Part shown: positions 25,200 through 37,748 of the stretch, piece after piece
Layout of the letters: the number at the start of each line of letters is the position of its first letter
Position numbering within the stretch: position 1 is the stretch's first letter
DNA from: Eutreptiella sp. 'Long Island Sound 2002'
Lineage: Eukaryota; Protista; Euglenida
DNA: 64,000 bases
Direction of reading: 5' to 3'
Assembly (NCBI GenBank): GCA_964036045.1
Contig: OZ038378.1
Location: 62,558,001-62,622,000 of the forward strand
Position numbers and translations under genes: made by a program
Notes under the pieces: generated by a model
What the model was told of the DNA's origin: nothing
What the model saw: the letters and a program-made list of their open reading frames with translations, nothing else
Databases searched by the model: none

Positions 25200-26800
25200 C
25201 TGAAACATGTTAATCGCGCCTTTTTGGGGCTTGAGAAGACCTAAGCCCACTTCGATCTGATTGTGCAAGGGCTCTAGTGCACCTTGACGAGAAGCAAGGG
25301 CGTCCTTTTTTCTGCTAGCAGTGCCCTTGTTGGGTTTTGGGGCAAAGGGGGCTAGAAGTGTGACCGGTGTGTCCGGCTTTCTTTTTTCAGAGTTTGCGTG
25401 GGGGCTGCTTCCTCCTCATCACCACTCATCGCCCGGTTCTTGTGCTTGGGTTCACGGCTAGCCGGAGCCTACACGGATCTCCCCTTGTTGTTGTAGTACG
25501 GGACATATCTATTTTCTTTTGACAAGTACAATATGTATGGTTGAGGAAATCTAGGGTCAGTGATCATGCACATGTCTGAGAGGGCGATCGGCCCGTGTGG
25601 TTGCCAAAAGAGGAGTTCCGCAGCCCGCCACCTCTTTAGTCTCGTGATGTGCAAGTGGAACAACACACATTTCAAGAGGTATGCCATTCAACCATTCTTT
25701 TTTCTGTGCATCCGAGTTCACGAGCAGCAGTGCATCGCAATCTTGCATCTGGGTTCCAATACCTTCAATGAAAGTGGACCAAATCGTGATGAGCCGAACA
25801 AACCCGCAACTCAAAATGCAAGAAACAAGGAGCATGGTCATGAGCTACGCATGCAACTCGGGAACCCACATATAGGCTCCAAGGCTCCGTGTCCCCACCC
25901 TGCTCCTCTTCGGCTAGAACAGGGCGGGTCACGATGCTCAATGTGTCACAAGCCCATATAGCCCAGGACAAAGTACACACAGACGACTCATCCCCTTCAT
26001 CCATAGCAAAGTAAGTTGAGTTTTAGACGTTTTAGGAAACCAACAACTACCTGACGCTCACCATAACGGTGCACAAGATGTTGCCCCCCGATGTCATTCA
26101 TATCTGCTTAGTGCCACCCACCGCCACCCCTCTGTGCCGTCCGACTTCTGCACATGTGCCAAGGCAGAATTCAAATAAGAACTCTCGCCACTAACAACTG
26201 TTGTTCACGCTTTAAAGAGAGTAGTTGATCGGCTAGGATGAACATTAGCAAAGCCTTCTTGTACTTCATACATGATCTTAATAAGCTAAGACGTACCGGA
26301 GGGCTGTGGTAACAAGGGTTTCGCCGTTGGCAATGGAAAGGTACATAGGGTTTCCCCGTTGGCAATGGAAAAAGAAGTGCATACAACCTGATAGTGATGA
26401 CTGCTGAAACTTGACGGTGCCCTGTTCCATGGAACTAGGGCCTCCAACCTGTCCAAAGGGGGGGGGGGGCATCCCTAATCGCAAAAAATTGTTCTAAAGG
26501 ACATTCTTTGTCGTTTTACAAACATAGAGTGGCCCATCTGTAGGCTTTCAGACACACACCTAAGTCCGGTGGTACTGAGTGTTTTTGCGTATGAACTAGT
26601 TTTTGCCCCCTCGGTCTCCGTTGGTTGTCCACTATGACCCTCCTCATTAGTGCAATTCCCCGAATTGTTGTGACTTTGTGTCAAGTTGTTGGCTCTAGGG
26701 AGAGTTTTCGGACTCGCCATGCCGTGATTCTTAAGTGCCTTGCACTCGTCTAATGACTACACGTAATATTTCACTACAACTCTATAGGGCGGGAACTACC
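25200..26800 (+). pseudogene. Highly decayed non-LTR retrotransposon ORF2 (APE end plus RT)
   Basis: RVSDHAHV (25559; APE SDH motif), MNISKAFLYFIHDLNKLRRTGG (26238; resembles LDxxKAFD), DTHLSPVVLSVFAYEL (26551; resembles QGxxLSPxLF), RVFGLA. Many stops and frameshifts. Confidence 0.5.
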
Positions 26801-27599
26801 GTCCTTCTCCTCTCAACATCCAGAATTTCTTTTGATAGGAGCGGCGAACTTGATGAGTTCCATGACCCTATACACAAGGGGGGGGGGGGAATGCGGTTGC
26901 CGGGGGGGGGCAAAAAATGTGGGAAAAGGCGGAAGAATGCAGAAAATGCTCCAAACAAATGTGATACAAAATGCGGCTGTGTTAGAATGGTGCATGCCTG
27001 CCGAAACCCCTATGTTTATCAAGACGCATGTTAATTTGTTGACACCATCACTCCATCAATGTGAAGCCTATGGTTGTGTTTAACATGCAAAGCCTGGTAC
27101 GGAAGTCTCACCGTTCTACTGTGGTTGATTGACATGTGGGCCCCACAATCACAATGGCTGCACCCAATTTAGGTCCGCCCCCCAGGGGTGTTCAACCGTT
27201 CCAGGAGTTGTTGAGGTGGGGTGTCAGTACTACCCGAACATGCATACGGCAAAATGATCCCCAGGACGCGCTGATCATTTTCAAAACACACACAAGTGGG
27301 TGAAATAAGTTTCAAGAAAACTTGCCCATCAACGCAGGCTCCCATCGTCCAAGTCCGGACCTGGAGGTCAGGTTGCGGTCAAAATCCTTTTTTGTGATTT
27401 TTCACCCATTTTTGAACTCTTCAAAAATTCTGAGTATTTTGTGGATGGAGCAATAGCGTCAAAGAAAAATTTTACCTTCCGGCGGCCAAGAACAATATTT
27501 GCGGGTCTTCCGGCGCCCAGAAAACTCATTGCCCCTCGCAACTATTTAACTACAAGACAATCCTTTAGTTGGAGTGCACAATGCGCCTAGAATGTTTCC

Positions 27600-28430
27600 T
27601 TCTGATCATTACACTAAAGGACCAGCCCAGAAAATGCGAAAAAAAAGGAGGATAGCGTGGCAAAGTGTGGACCACGCCCTCCTTCCCCCCCTTGCTATAC
27701 TTGTCATTCTTGGTCCCTGCAAAGCCAACAAGAAAGTGGGACCACAAACATTGACTGAGTGGCAAAGGCTATACTTGAGCCGGGGGGGGGGGGGGGCGGG
27801 CTAGCTTAGTGTTTCATGGATGATGTGGTTGTCCGGCTGTAAAACTACTTGCTACCAATCTCCTGTGACCTTGAAATCTGGTGCCACAATATGTATCCCT
27901 GCTTCTATTGTTTCGGTGTCATCAAGAAAGCAACGATGCAGCCCATTATGTCCTGTGATAGCCCCACACATTCGAAAAAGGTTGTACCACTGATCCTTGC
28001 ACAGAACAGGGTGGGAAGGTGGGAGGGAGCAAATTCAACAAGGATGTTCAAGGAGACGTCACATTAGGTAGACTACCAACGAACATGTCCATTCTGCGAC
28101 ATGGTTTTAATTGCATTCGTAATCCTGTTTTCCGTCCCTTTAACCGTGAGGTACAAGGGTATCCAAACCTTCCACATAAAAATTTGTAAAGAAAAAAACT
28201 CGAGTTGTGCACAACCTTTTTTCCTGTAGCACTTTTAGACAGCACTTCGTAACTTTGTAGATGCAAAGGCAGCTTGATACGTCCGTATAGTTGCATTGTA
28301 TGAGCAGACTGCAAGCTGACGTGACAAAACACCCCCATTGGTAATGGGGCGCTTGGCATGTCCTCAGCATTTTTGAGTCTAAAAATTTCGAGTCATACCA
28401 TCTCTGCACAATTTGACAAAACACTTACAC
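27600..28430 (-). pseudogene. Possible decayed piggyBac-like transposase
   Basis: APHYQWGCFVTSAC..NYT..LCIY, VFFFTNFY and QWYNLFRMCGAI occur in the order of piggyBac KPxKxG, DNxF and YNxxMGGVD motifs, but all are degenerate. Confidence 0.3.
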
Positions 28431-29439
28431 ACCACACGCTCCCTTAAGCTTTTAGTATGACTCTTTGTCGAGTTGCGCTTTTGTCGTAAACTATCATGCA
28501 TCCCCCTCTCCTTCACTTAGATGCAAGTGTCCTACCCCGTCGTTGGCGAGACATCTGCTTTCATGATCATGACATAACCTCTCACTTTTTTTCAAAACCT
28601 CAAAAGTAATACCCCTTCGAGCACGTTTTACAAAAAATGCTCTCCAAAACGCTTTTGGTAAAAAAAATGCCTGTGTAGACCCCGCCTTTTTTATGAAGTC
28701 AACACAACGACAATAGACGACAGGTAAACATTGATGTGCACCTTATCACACAATAAGGATTGAGATCAAGGTTCTCAAAGACAACGGGACAAGATTCAAA
28801 CACAAAGGTACTTGCACACCTGTCCATTGTCCAAGTACTCGGTCACAGGTGTCCCTTGTGAGCGAAATCATGTTGCCTGTGGATTGCCAATATTACAATG
28901 AAACACATGTCCGTCTATGTACTTGTCCTGTTTCACACCCGGCTAAAACTTGTAAAAACCGAATGAATTGACACATTCTTTGTGTGGTTCACAGGGCCTC
29001 TTTCCGGTGGATGAAAAAAGACCTAAATTCTTGTGCTTAGGCAAACACCGACGGCTGATTTTGGACTAATGCGAAAAGGGCCGCCTCAAAAATGGAACTG
29101 GTACACCCCACAAGCATATCCTTGATGGTGCAAAATGGGGGCGGGGTCGCACTGCAATCTGCGGTGGCCCACGTTTGGGTCAAAGCGCTTGGCTTCAAGT
29201 CACTAAGTAGCACGAACCCTGGGACAAAAACATTGCCTGAAGCACCATCCCCCTAGGTACACACTAGAAGACCTGATTCTGTTCTAGCCTAGATGGTGCT
29301 AGACGACTAGAATGGAAAAAGGGGGAGATCACCCCCTCCAATGGGGGTAAGTGGTGGGACTTTTGAGGGGCTTAGCCTCCACCCCCCCCATCCGTACTTG
29401 GGGGCCCATGCTTTGTTTTTCACAATTTCGCCGTTTTAC

Positions 29440-31020
29440 GTGAAGTCGGAGGGAAAAAACATTTCGTTTTAGTGGCGTTCCGGCGACGTTCTAGCGAGCG
29501 CCGCAGGAACTCGCTAGAACGTCGCTAGAACGCTTCGATAGAACGGGGATAGAACGACATAGTTTAATGCACCGCCAATCCTCAAAGAGAAGCTGCCACG
29601 GCTGCCATGGCCAGCCATTGCGAATTATAGGGTTGCGCTGCTCGACCCGACGCAGTGAGCGCCGCCGCCTCCCCCCCCCCCCCCCCGACCCCCCACCCCC
29701 TGGTTAGCTCAGTTAGCCCCCCACCCCATGGTTAGCTCAGTTAGCACCCCACCCGTAGGTCACTTGGAAGGTCACTTTGCAGGCCCGCGCTGCGTCAATT
29801 GGTGGTGGGCCAGCCCGATTAGCACGGTTAGCACGAGTAGCCCGCCAGCCCCCCGCCCCCCTTTCGCGAGTCCAGACACACACGATATCCGCTCTTGCAA
29901 GGTGGGGGATTGCCGGGGCGCATCCTTGCTCCTGACACGCCCCTTTTCGGCCCCCGTGTCCCCTTCCTTCTCACCCTCCTTCTCACGCCCCTCCTCACCC
30001 ACTCTTGGCCTCCCTTGTCACCCCCTTTGTCAACCTCCTCCCCTTGTCGTCATCCCCGACTTCCTCGTTGTGCCCGTTGTGCACGTCATCCCCAGCCTCC
30101 GCCAAGGCCGCCCAGAAGTGGGCCTCCGCCTCCACCCGGGTGCGGAAGAGGAGCTCCCCCCACACCCGGAAGCTGCCCCCCGCCTTCCGTGTCGCCCTCT
30201 TCTTCCCCCTCTTCCCCTTCTTCCCCCCTTTCCCATTGGACCCCTGCGACCCCACCCACTAGTCCCCCGGGTCTAGCTCCTCATCCCAACCCCCAACACC
30301 GTCACTTGGCTAACGGTCCCCCCCATCGCCCCCCTCCCTCCAAGGGACATACCGGGTGTGCCCCACACCCGGCACGTTCCCGTAGGGGTCACGGCTCCTA
30401 CTTGCCAAGAGGGGAGGGCGGGGGTTTGGGGGGCGGGGCTTGGCCTTGACCTTGGGCTTGGGACAGGGTTCGGGGGGAGGGGAGGGGGCTTCCTCCCTGC
30501 TACTCTCGAAGTGGCGGGGCTTCTTGGGCTTCTTGGGGTCTTGCGGGGGGGGGGGGGATGGTGGCCTTGAGAGTGGGAGTACTCGCCCAGCTGGTGGTGC
30601 TACCACTGTTTTTGCTCCGCCTTTTGCTGCTAGTGCTGCTGCTGCCCGTGTTCCTTGACCCTCACCCACCGGCTCCTTCCTGCTTCGCACCTACCCAACC
30701 CGTATAGCACCGAGAGGGGCATGTTGGGGTCATTCCCCGAGATGCGGCCGAACTCGGTGACCCCCTACGAGGTGCATCCGGCCCCCTCGATCGCGCCACT
30801 CCACCAACACCCCGAGGGGGTCCGCATTGCAAGATTGTAGGTTGATGACTTGTGAGAAGCAAAACAAGAGGCACGTATGTTTTACCGATGTTCTAGGCAA
30901 CTGTTCTAGCGACGTTCTAGCGATCTTCTAGCGGTGGCAGCGGCTGTTTGGCTAGAACAACGCTAGAACGCTTCCCTAGATGAGCGCTAGAAGGCACGCA
31001 TCATACAGTACTTTGCGTGT
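29440..31020. mobile_element. Putative non-autonomous element: GTTCTAG/CTAGAAC motif clusters flanking a GC-rich, low-complexity cargo
   Basis: Motif clusters at ~29480-29555 and ~30888-30990. Exact termini were not found. Confidence 0.35.
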
Positions 31021-31999
31021 CAAGAGTGGGGCGGATTGCCCCAAAGCCTTGGTCCCGGGGGTTGGGGACGGCGGGGGGGGGGGGGGTGCGGCTGCACGAG
31101 GCTTGCGGCTGCGGGCTTACTAAGGGTCTTGGGCTTGGGGCGCGGGCAATGCGGGCACCAATTCGTCATAAGCCCCCCCGGTTGGCCACCGACGAGTCAA
31201 ATCCCCCAACGACCATAACCCCTGACCACACTGGAGATCCCTCCCAGGCCCTCTCAGATACCTCCACACGCCCGAGCCCCATGGCCTGCCAACAACTGCC
31301 AAGGAACCGGAACTGCTGTGCCCCCCCCCCCCCCCCCCTCTTGACGTTGGGGATGAAGACCTTGAAGTAAGGCATTTCAAATATCTTCATGTCTTGCCGA
31401 AGGGGGGGCCACTTGTCCTTTGTCCCCCCCTAGCGTTTCAGGCTGCCAGTGCCATTTCCCTGTACCTCCACCCCCACCCACCCACCCGCAGCGGTTGTCC
31501 TTGTGGACCCCTCGGTCATCCACCCACACCCACTTGCCTTGGGCCAAGATCTTGTACAATACCGACAGTGCAAATGGGACCCTGCGGGGGCAGCAGAAGG
31601 GGGTGGCTGAGGGGGCGGGGGGGGTGGTCTCGTCTGGTCTGGTGCTGGCCTCGGCAATATCCAGGATTCGCTAGCGGAGTGCCGTTGGAGATCCACAGGC
31701 CGACGCCATCTGCACGCCCACAGCTCCACTACTGATCCCTACCTCCTTGACGTACGGTAACACAAAGAAGACGGTTTTGCTCTGCAATTGATGGAGGCGT
31801 AGTGTATCTATAGCCGGCGGCGACACTCCACGATGCACCAACATGCACATATCGCCATGGTGGCCGAAGTTCCGTGGCACACGTGCAGATGACAACCGTG
31901 GGGGTTGCCCCCGGAGGGTCCAATAGAGCACATCCGGAGGGACCACACACATGAACCTGGTATTCCCCCCGCCGTGCTATTCGATGCGACCTGAGTGGC

Positions 32000-33600
32000 T
32001 GATGTACTAAGTGCGTGTGCCCCGGCCACACCACCGGTCGCGGATCGCGCCGCACAAGAAAGCCTAGCACGCTTTGGGCCTTTTGCGAGGCACGTGCAGA
32101 CATGACACCCTGCTCAATATATGGGGACTCGCCTGCACTGTGGTGCGGTACTGGAGGTTCCACGGGTACGGGCTCAGCCATGACTCGCAGTACCGTGGTG
32201 GCCAGTGCCGCCCGTACGGGCTCAAATAATGGGAATGCCGCACATCCGTGTTGGAACACCAAAGCAATCCCCAGTAGGACACGACAATGTGCTGCGCACC
32301 AGCCAACTGCCGCAGAGCTCGCTGTCTAGCTGCTATGGTATTATCTGGTTCAACAGCAAACCAGCATTCACTGGACCCATGCGTTAAAAGAGCAACCAGG
32401 TCCCATGTTGCTTTGAACTGCCATCCCATGTCACTCAACAACGTGTCCACACAACTGATCAATGCACCACAGGCACGTACATATAGAGCCGGGCAGGCGA
32501 ATAAATGCCTAGGTTTGTTACCCGCGTGTAGCGAGCAGAATCTACAGTCAGGACCATCAAAGAATATGCGGGGTAGGTGAACAATACATCGTACATGCGC
32601 TGAAACCCGATGCGCCTGTATTGGCATCTCCGCCTCTTGACAAACCCCAACCCAGCACGCTGTATCAATCCCGAGGTCAGCAATTTGCTTGGCAAGCATT
32701 CACTTTTTTGCGTGTCCTATGGTTTGCAGCCGAGGAAAGAACGCACCACGTTTATTAACCAGAGGACTTCGAAACAAGAGCAAGGAGGGCACATCATCCA
32801 AACATTTAAAGAACCACCACCATGGAAGGGGATGCTCATGCACATTGGTTTGAGCTTGTGTAGCCAACGTATCGGCAATGCGCTGCCAGACAGCCGCCAT
32901 GCCTGTATTATGCGAGTAATGTTGAGCCGGCAACCAATACTGGTGATATTTGGAGAAATTCAACTTTCCCAAGACATGCTTGACGAAGCGGTCCGGCCCA
33001 CTATGCAACCTGATCCATTGTGTTGTTCCGCGGAATAGCGTAGAGGCATTATCACAGAAGAAGAATATATGTCGGTTGATTGACATGGTTAACACCAGGT
33101 GTAGCGCCGGAAATTTTGTTAACCACTCTAGAACTGAGGATGAAGCTGCAGCTACCCTCAGGCCCCATGCTGCATGAAAGTAGTGCTCCCCATCTTGAGG
33201 GGGCGGGGGGGGGAGGGGCTGTCAGGTGTGCGGGGGTTCCAAGGCATGTCCAGGATGGTGCCCACCGCCCGGCTGCCCAAAAGTGACCGCAGCCACGCCA
33301 TGCCCGAAACCTCTACCTTCTCCTCCACCACTTGTGTCTCCACCTCCTCCCTCACCTTCCCTTCGTGGGTTACCAGCCACTACTTTCCTAACAACACCTT
33401 CTTGCTACCCCCCTCCCGCCTCACCCCTCTTGGCATTGGTATACAAACCCTTTGCATGGTAGCTAGCTGCCAACGCGGGAGGACCAGGGTAACAGCAGCA
33501 CACACGGACCCAACCCCGTCCGGTGCTGCCCACATGACAGTACAACTAGCACCTAGTGTGCAGGCGTCACGGCGAGTAAGGACAGGGCAAAGCCTCAGGC
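32000..33600 (-). mobile_element. 3' part of a non-LTR retrotransposon ORF2: RNase H-like domain plus CCHC-type finger
   Basis: WAAPDGVG ... WGLRVAA ... HIFFFCDNASTL (~33040-33066), then CRFCSLHAGNKPRHLFACP (~32491-32547). Confidence 0.55.
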
Positions 33601-34305
33601 AGCTAGCGCCCACTTTTGTGGCCCGTCAGGCGAGAAATGACGAAAAGCGTGAGGCAGAGATGTGGTGGACCGATGATTGTAATCACCGACCCTGGTGCCT
33701 TGGTGTTGCGCCGGCACTGCGACAGAAGGGTAGCCTCACGAAGCCTCTGTGCGGCGGAGATCGGTTGTGCGTGCATGGGCTAGTAGCCGGCACTCAATAA
33801 CGAGGGTCAACTCAGAGGCAACGAGTGCGCGGCCTACATGCAGACTTATGTGCCATGAGAGAGCGGGAAGTTGCGCGAGTAGCGGCGTGCCAGCTGACGG
33901 TGAGCGCCACGCGATGCGAACACAGCCGTAAGTGCGAGGATAAGGAGCGAGTTTACGGGGTGTTAGAGAGAGGGTAGAGACACTTTGACAGCCGTTGCCC
34001 GGACGAAGAAGTGCGCAGTGCTCGAAGGGGGCTGTGGTGCAGACGACACTTGACCCCCTAGTTACTTTGTGCACATTCACATTACGGCCTAGCCCCCCAT
34101 CAAGAACATGAGGCCAGGAGCGGTGCGTAACGGGTAGGGGCTGGACGTGCAGACGCTTCCCAAGGGGGTACGACGGAAGCAGGTGAGTGTGACGAACATC
34201 ATCTGCATGATGTATACTGCCGCGCCGGGCGCTGAGGTAGCAACGGCCCTGCATGGAGCAGGCACGAAGCGGAAGGCATGGTCCCTGCGCGCTGACGTGA
34301 CGGTG

Positions 34306-37300
34306 CCCCACAGACCTAAGTTAAAGCCAATATAGTTAATTTTAATATTTAATATATGGAAGGGGATAAAAATTGACTGGGCAAATATTAACACGTTAAC
34401 CCAATTTTGGCTCGTTTGCACCGCTTTGCTTGTGCGCGTACCATGCCCACTTGAAGTCTTTGGGTGGTGAAAGGGTGCCCAACGGGGTGCTACAGGTGTT
34501 CCATAGTCCGAAAGGTGGTTATGTAGCCCCATGTAGCCCCATGTAGCCCCATGTAGCCCCATGTAGTTATGTAGCCCCACACATCCCTCCCCGGTCCCCC
34601 CACTTACCCTACTCCATACCTCCTTTTTCCCTTGTGTAGCTCTTGTTAACCTTTCTCTTGGGACAACCTTCTCAAGCTTAGTATGACGCTCACGCGTTTG
34701 TGTGGGCCAAGAGTTTGCGGGACTCTTTGGTCTCACATCTCCTTGCTGAGTGGGTGGCCTCATCCCCTTTCGCCAAGGCCCGGTGGTACGAGGCCACCGA
34801 GGTTGCCTAACTCCCCGTCAGTTGGGACAAGCAAATAGAGGCTTTGAGGGAATGTGCCTCCGTCCTGTTCTCCACACCCGAATTAATCGCGTTACTTATG
34901 GACTTCAATGCCCCCAAGTGCGGGTTCCGGCATGTGTCGGAGTTCATGACCCGCCAGGAGGCCGCGTACACTGCCGCAACGGCCCTCCGATTCCCCCGCC
35001 CCATCCCTTCAGGAGACCGCTTCATGGGCACATGGAAGGAGTTGGTCACGCCGGTTGCGCTAGATTGACCCGTGTCCTTGGCGAATTCCCCCACAAGCGG
35101 CCGCTCTTGGCCGTTGCAATCGTGGGCCCGCTACATCCAACCGCGTTCACCCCTTGTGGACACCATCGATGGGAAGCGGTCGCTCACTTTCCTTCTCCGT
35201 GGGGATGCCTACCCGTGCGCCGGTGAAAGTTGGACCCAACTTTCCATTAGGCTCCCCAACCACGGTGCACGGGGCCGAATAGCCGCCTACCGCTGGGTGA
35301 TTGGTATGGCCGCATGCGGGGATAACGAGCTGGCCGCGGTAGCGACAATATGGTCCAACAACTTGCAGGTGTGCGGTCGTTTTGTTCCACGTTCGTTTTT
35401 GCGGTAGTTTCTCGAGGTTAATACTTAATGTTTTGCAAAAGTTAGCGTTGTCTGAAAAATTAATCTAATATTAACCTCTAAAAATTAATTCAAAAATTGA
35501 TTCCCGTTTGTTCCTAGGTGTCGCAATTGGTCCACGATGGCAAGAAGTTCTATTTGGGCACCAAGTGGGTGCCCAATGAGTTGGTCGTCGGGGGTGACCG
35601 ACCCGTCGAGAGACTCCTCTTTGGCCTCTCCATATCGCCCATGGTAGGCTCAATTTACCATATGGGTGTGTGGCACGAGGTTGTGGCGGCATGTGTGAAG
35701 GCGGGGGTCCACCGCACATTGGAGGGGGACACAGTGGCCCGTCGCCGCTATCAGCAGACGGGCCTCTGCTTGGAGATTGGGGGGTGCGTGGGAGACCCGC
35801 ACGTTGTGGCGGAGCTGTGCTTGGTCTTTCTATGCATCCTGCATTGGTGCATGGCCATGGGCCGCCTCCAAGTGGCTTTCATTGGGCCCGCTTAGGAGAC
35901 CTTTGGAAGGACAACACTGCGGCCGCGCAACGCGTGCTCTCCCGGGCTCGCACCAGTGTCGGGTTGGGGGCCTCGGCTTGGCTTGACAGAGAGGAGGCAT
36001 GGGTGTTGTTCCGCACAGGGGAGGATCTTGCGGTGGCACTTTTCCACGTGGCACCCCAGCATTGGGTCACGCTTGGATGGTGCCGCAAGTGGGGGCAGGG
36101 AAAGGGGGTCCACTTTGCGGTCCAGTGGAATGCTGTACTAGCCCCCCAACGCCCCGTATATGACCCTGCCGCGCAACACCAGTACGAGGAGTCGGGGGGC
36201 GGCACGCCGAACACCACCACCGCATTCGCCAAGGCGGAAGTCCCTGCCGCAGCCCCCCCCCCCCCTTCCGCGCTCGCCGAGGTCATGGGGGATCCCGTGG
36301 AAGACCCAACGGCCTCCACACACTTTCGAAGAGCCATGACAACTGTCCATTCGTAAGGAGCGCCCACACGTTTTGAGGTATGTGTGCTTGTTTGTTAGTT
36401 ATTTTCGACTTTTTTGATTATTTTTTGTAGGTTGGCGTTCAATTTTTCGATCGCCGGCGCAAGAATTAGATTTAAGAGTTAATATTAATTTTGAAAAGTT
36501 AAAAAAAGTCCTCATAAAAACTAATTCGTGTCCTGCTTGTTTGATTGGAGGGGACGGACGTAGTGGTCAACGCCACGGACGCACGGCGCGTGCGCGTGTC
36601 TTTCCGCGACCGCGATGGGGCCCATGGGATGCCAATTGGGCACATGCAACGCCTCCCGCAGCCGTCGCGCCCTTGGGGTTGGCCATCTTGAGGGGGTTGA
36701 GGGATTGGGAGCACGGGAGGGTCTTCTTGGAGGTGTGGGTAGGTGAAGGGAGGTACATGGATGGGGAATGGGCCAGGTTACGGCAAATGGGGTACACTAG
36801 GGCGGAGGATGAGGGGATATGGGCAGGGATGGTGGGTGGTGATTGGGAGGGTGAGGAAGCGGTGAAAAAGGAACCCCCACCACCCCCAAGGCCACAGCCT
36901 ACGACCCCCTCGTCGGCACCAACGTCCACATCCTTTACCCCACGGGCGTGGAGGTGGGCACTGTAACCGGACGCAAGCGGGGGTCATCTAGGTGGTATAC
37001 CGAGACTGCCCCTCGCTCTACGAGCTGCCGGTGGCCTCCTCTTCCCCACCCCCCAAGGCGCCCAAAAACACCTCGAGCGTGTTGGCAAGGGCATGGGGAA
37101 AGCCACCCCCCTCCCCCCCAGAGCTTCGGGCCAGCCTGACCGGAAGACCAACCCCCTGACTGACCCCAAGACTACGCCCCGACAAACTTCAAGACGAACC
37201 CCCCGAGTAACCCCAAAGCACAAAACAACACCACTCCTAACCCCACCCCTGACCCAACCCAATAATTGTGGGACCCCAAAATGGGGTCTCAAGAGGTGTA

Positions 37301-37748
37301 ACCTAGAGGTGGTACCACCTTTGGTACCGGTGCAATGCTGGCATTGGAGCCACTGATGACTATTGGAAGCGATTGAAAACATATTTGGTGTGTTCTTGTT
37401 TGCTTGTAGGGATTTTCATGGAATGTTAATTTTTCGAAAAAATGATTTAATTTTCGACAGGTTAATATTAACGTTTGGCGACGGTTTAATTTTTCATCTT
37501 TCAAATATTAAAGGAAAAATAAAACTCAAAAATTAAACCCGAGGACCATTTTAATTTTTTTTTGCATGGAAGCACGTGAGACCCCCCCACCCCAACCCCC
37601 AAGTGATAATGACACCCGGTCCCGTAAGTCACACCGTGGGAGTAGAGTTTTTCGCCCCCCCCCCCGCCCAAAGGGTTCAACTTTGGGTTAACGCATCAAT
37701 TTTTGACCCAAATATTAAACATATTGCGTTTAAGATAGGTCTCTGGGG
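34306..37748 (+). mobile_element. TIR DNA transposon (copy B) encoding an intron-containing RAG1/Transib-like DDE transposase; 2-bp TSD TG
   Basis: Imperfect ~38-bp TIRs CCCCACAGACCTAAGTTAAAGCCAATAT / revcomp CCCCAGAGACCTATCTTAAACGCAATAT. TG flanks both ends. Removal rejoins ORF 34147 with ORF 37784 in frame. Motifs LRGDAYP (D 35204), VGGDRP (D 35596), CILHW (35833). Confidence 0.75.
35369..35517 (+). other. Spliceosomal GT-AG intron in the copy-B transposase (149 bp)
   Basis: CAG|GTGTGC ... TTCCCGTTTGTTCCTAG|GTG with an AT-rich interior. Splicing joins ORF 35072 to ORF 35518 in frame (NNLQ-VSQLVHDGKK). Confidence 0.75.

Noticed and set aside
25041-25244. BED-like zinc finger (YCLRC...HALKH) and a MULE-like WLNGIP motif on the opposite strand (~25690)
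   Set aside because: Isolated short matches with no supporting catalytic motifs; the region is better explained by the decayed + strand LINE.
36541-37360. RAG2-like second gene inside element B
   Set aside because: No kelch-repeat or PHD pattern is visible; the sequence is Pro/Thr-rich and unassigned.
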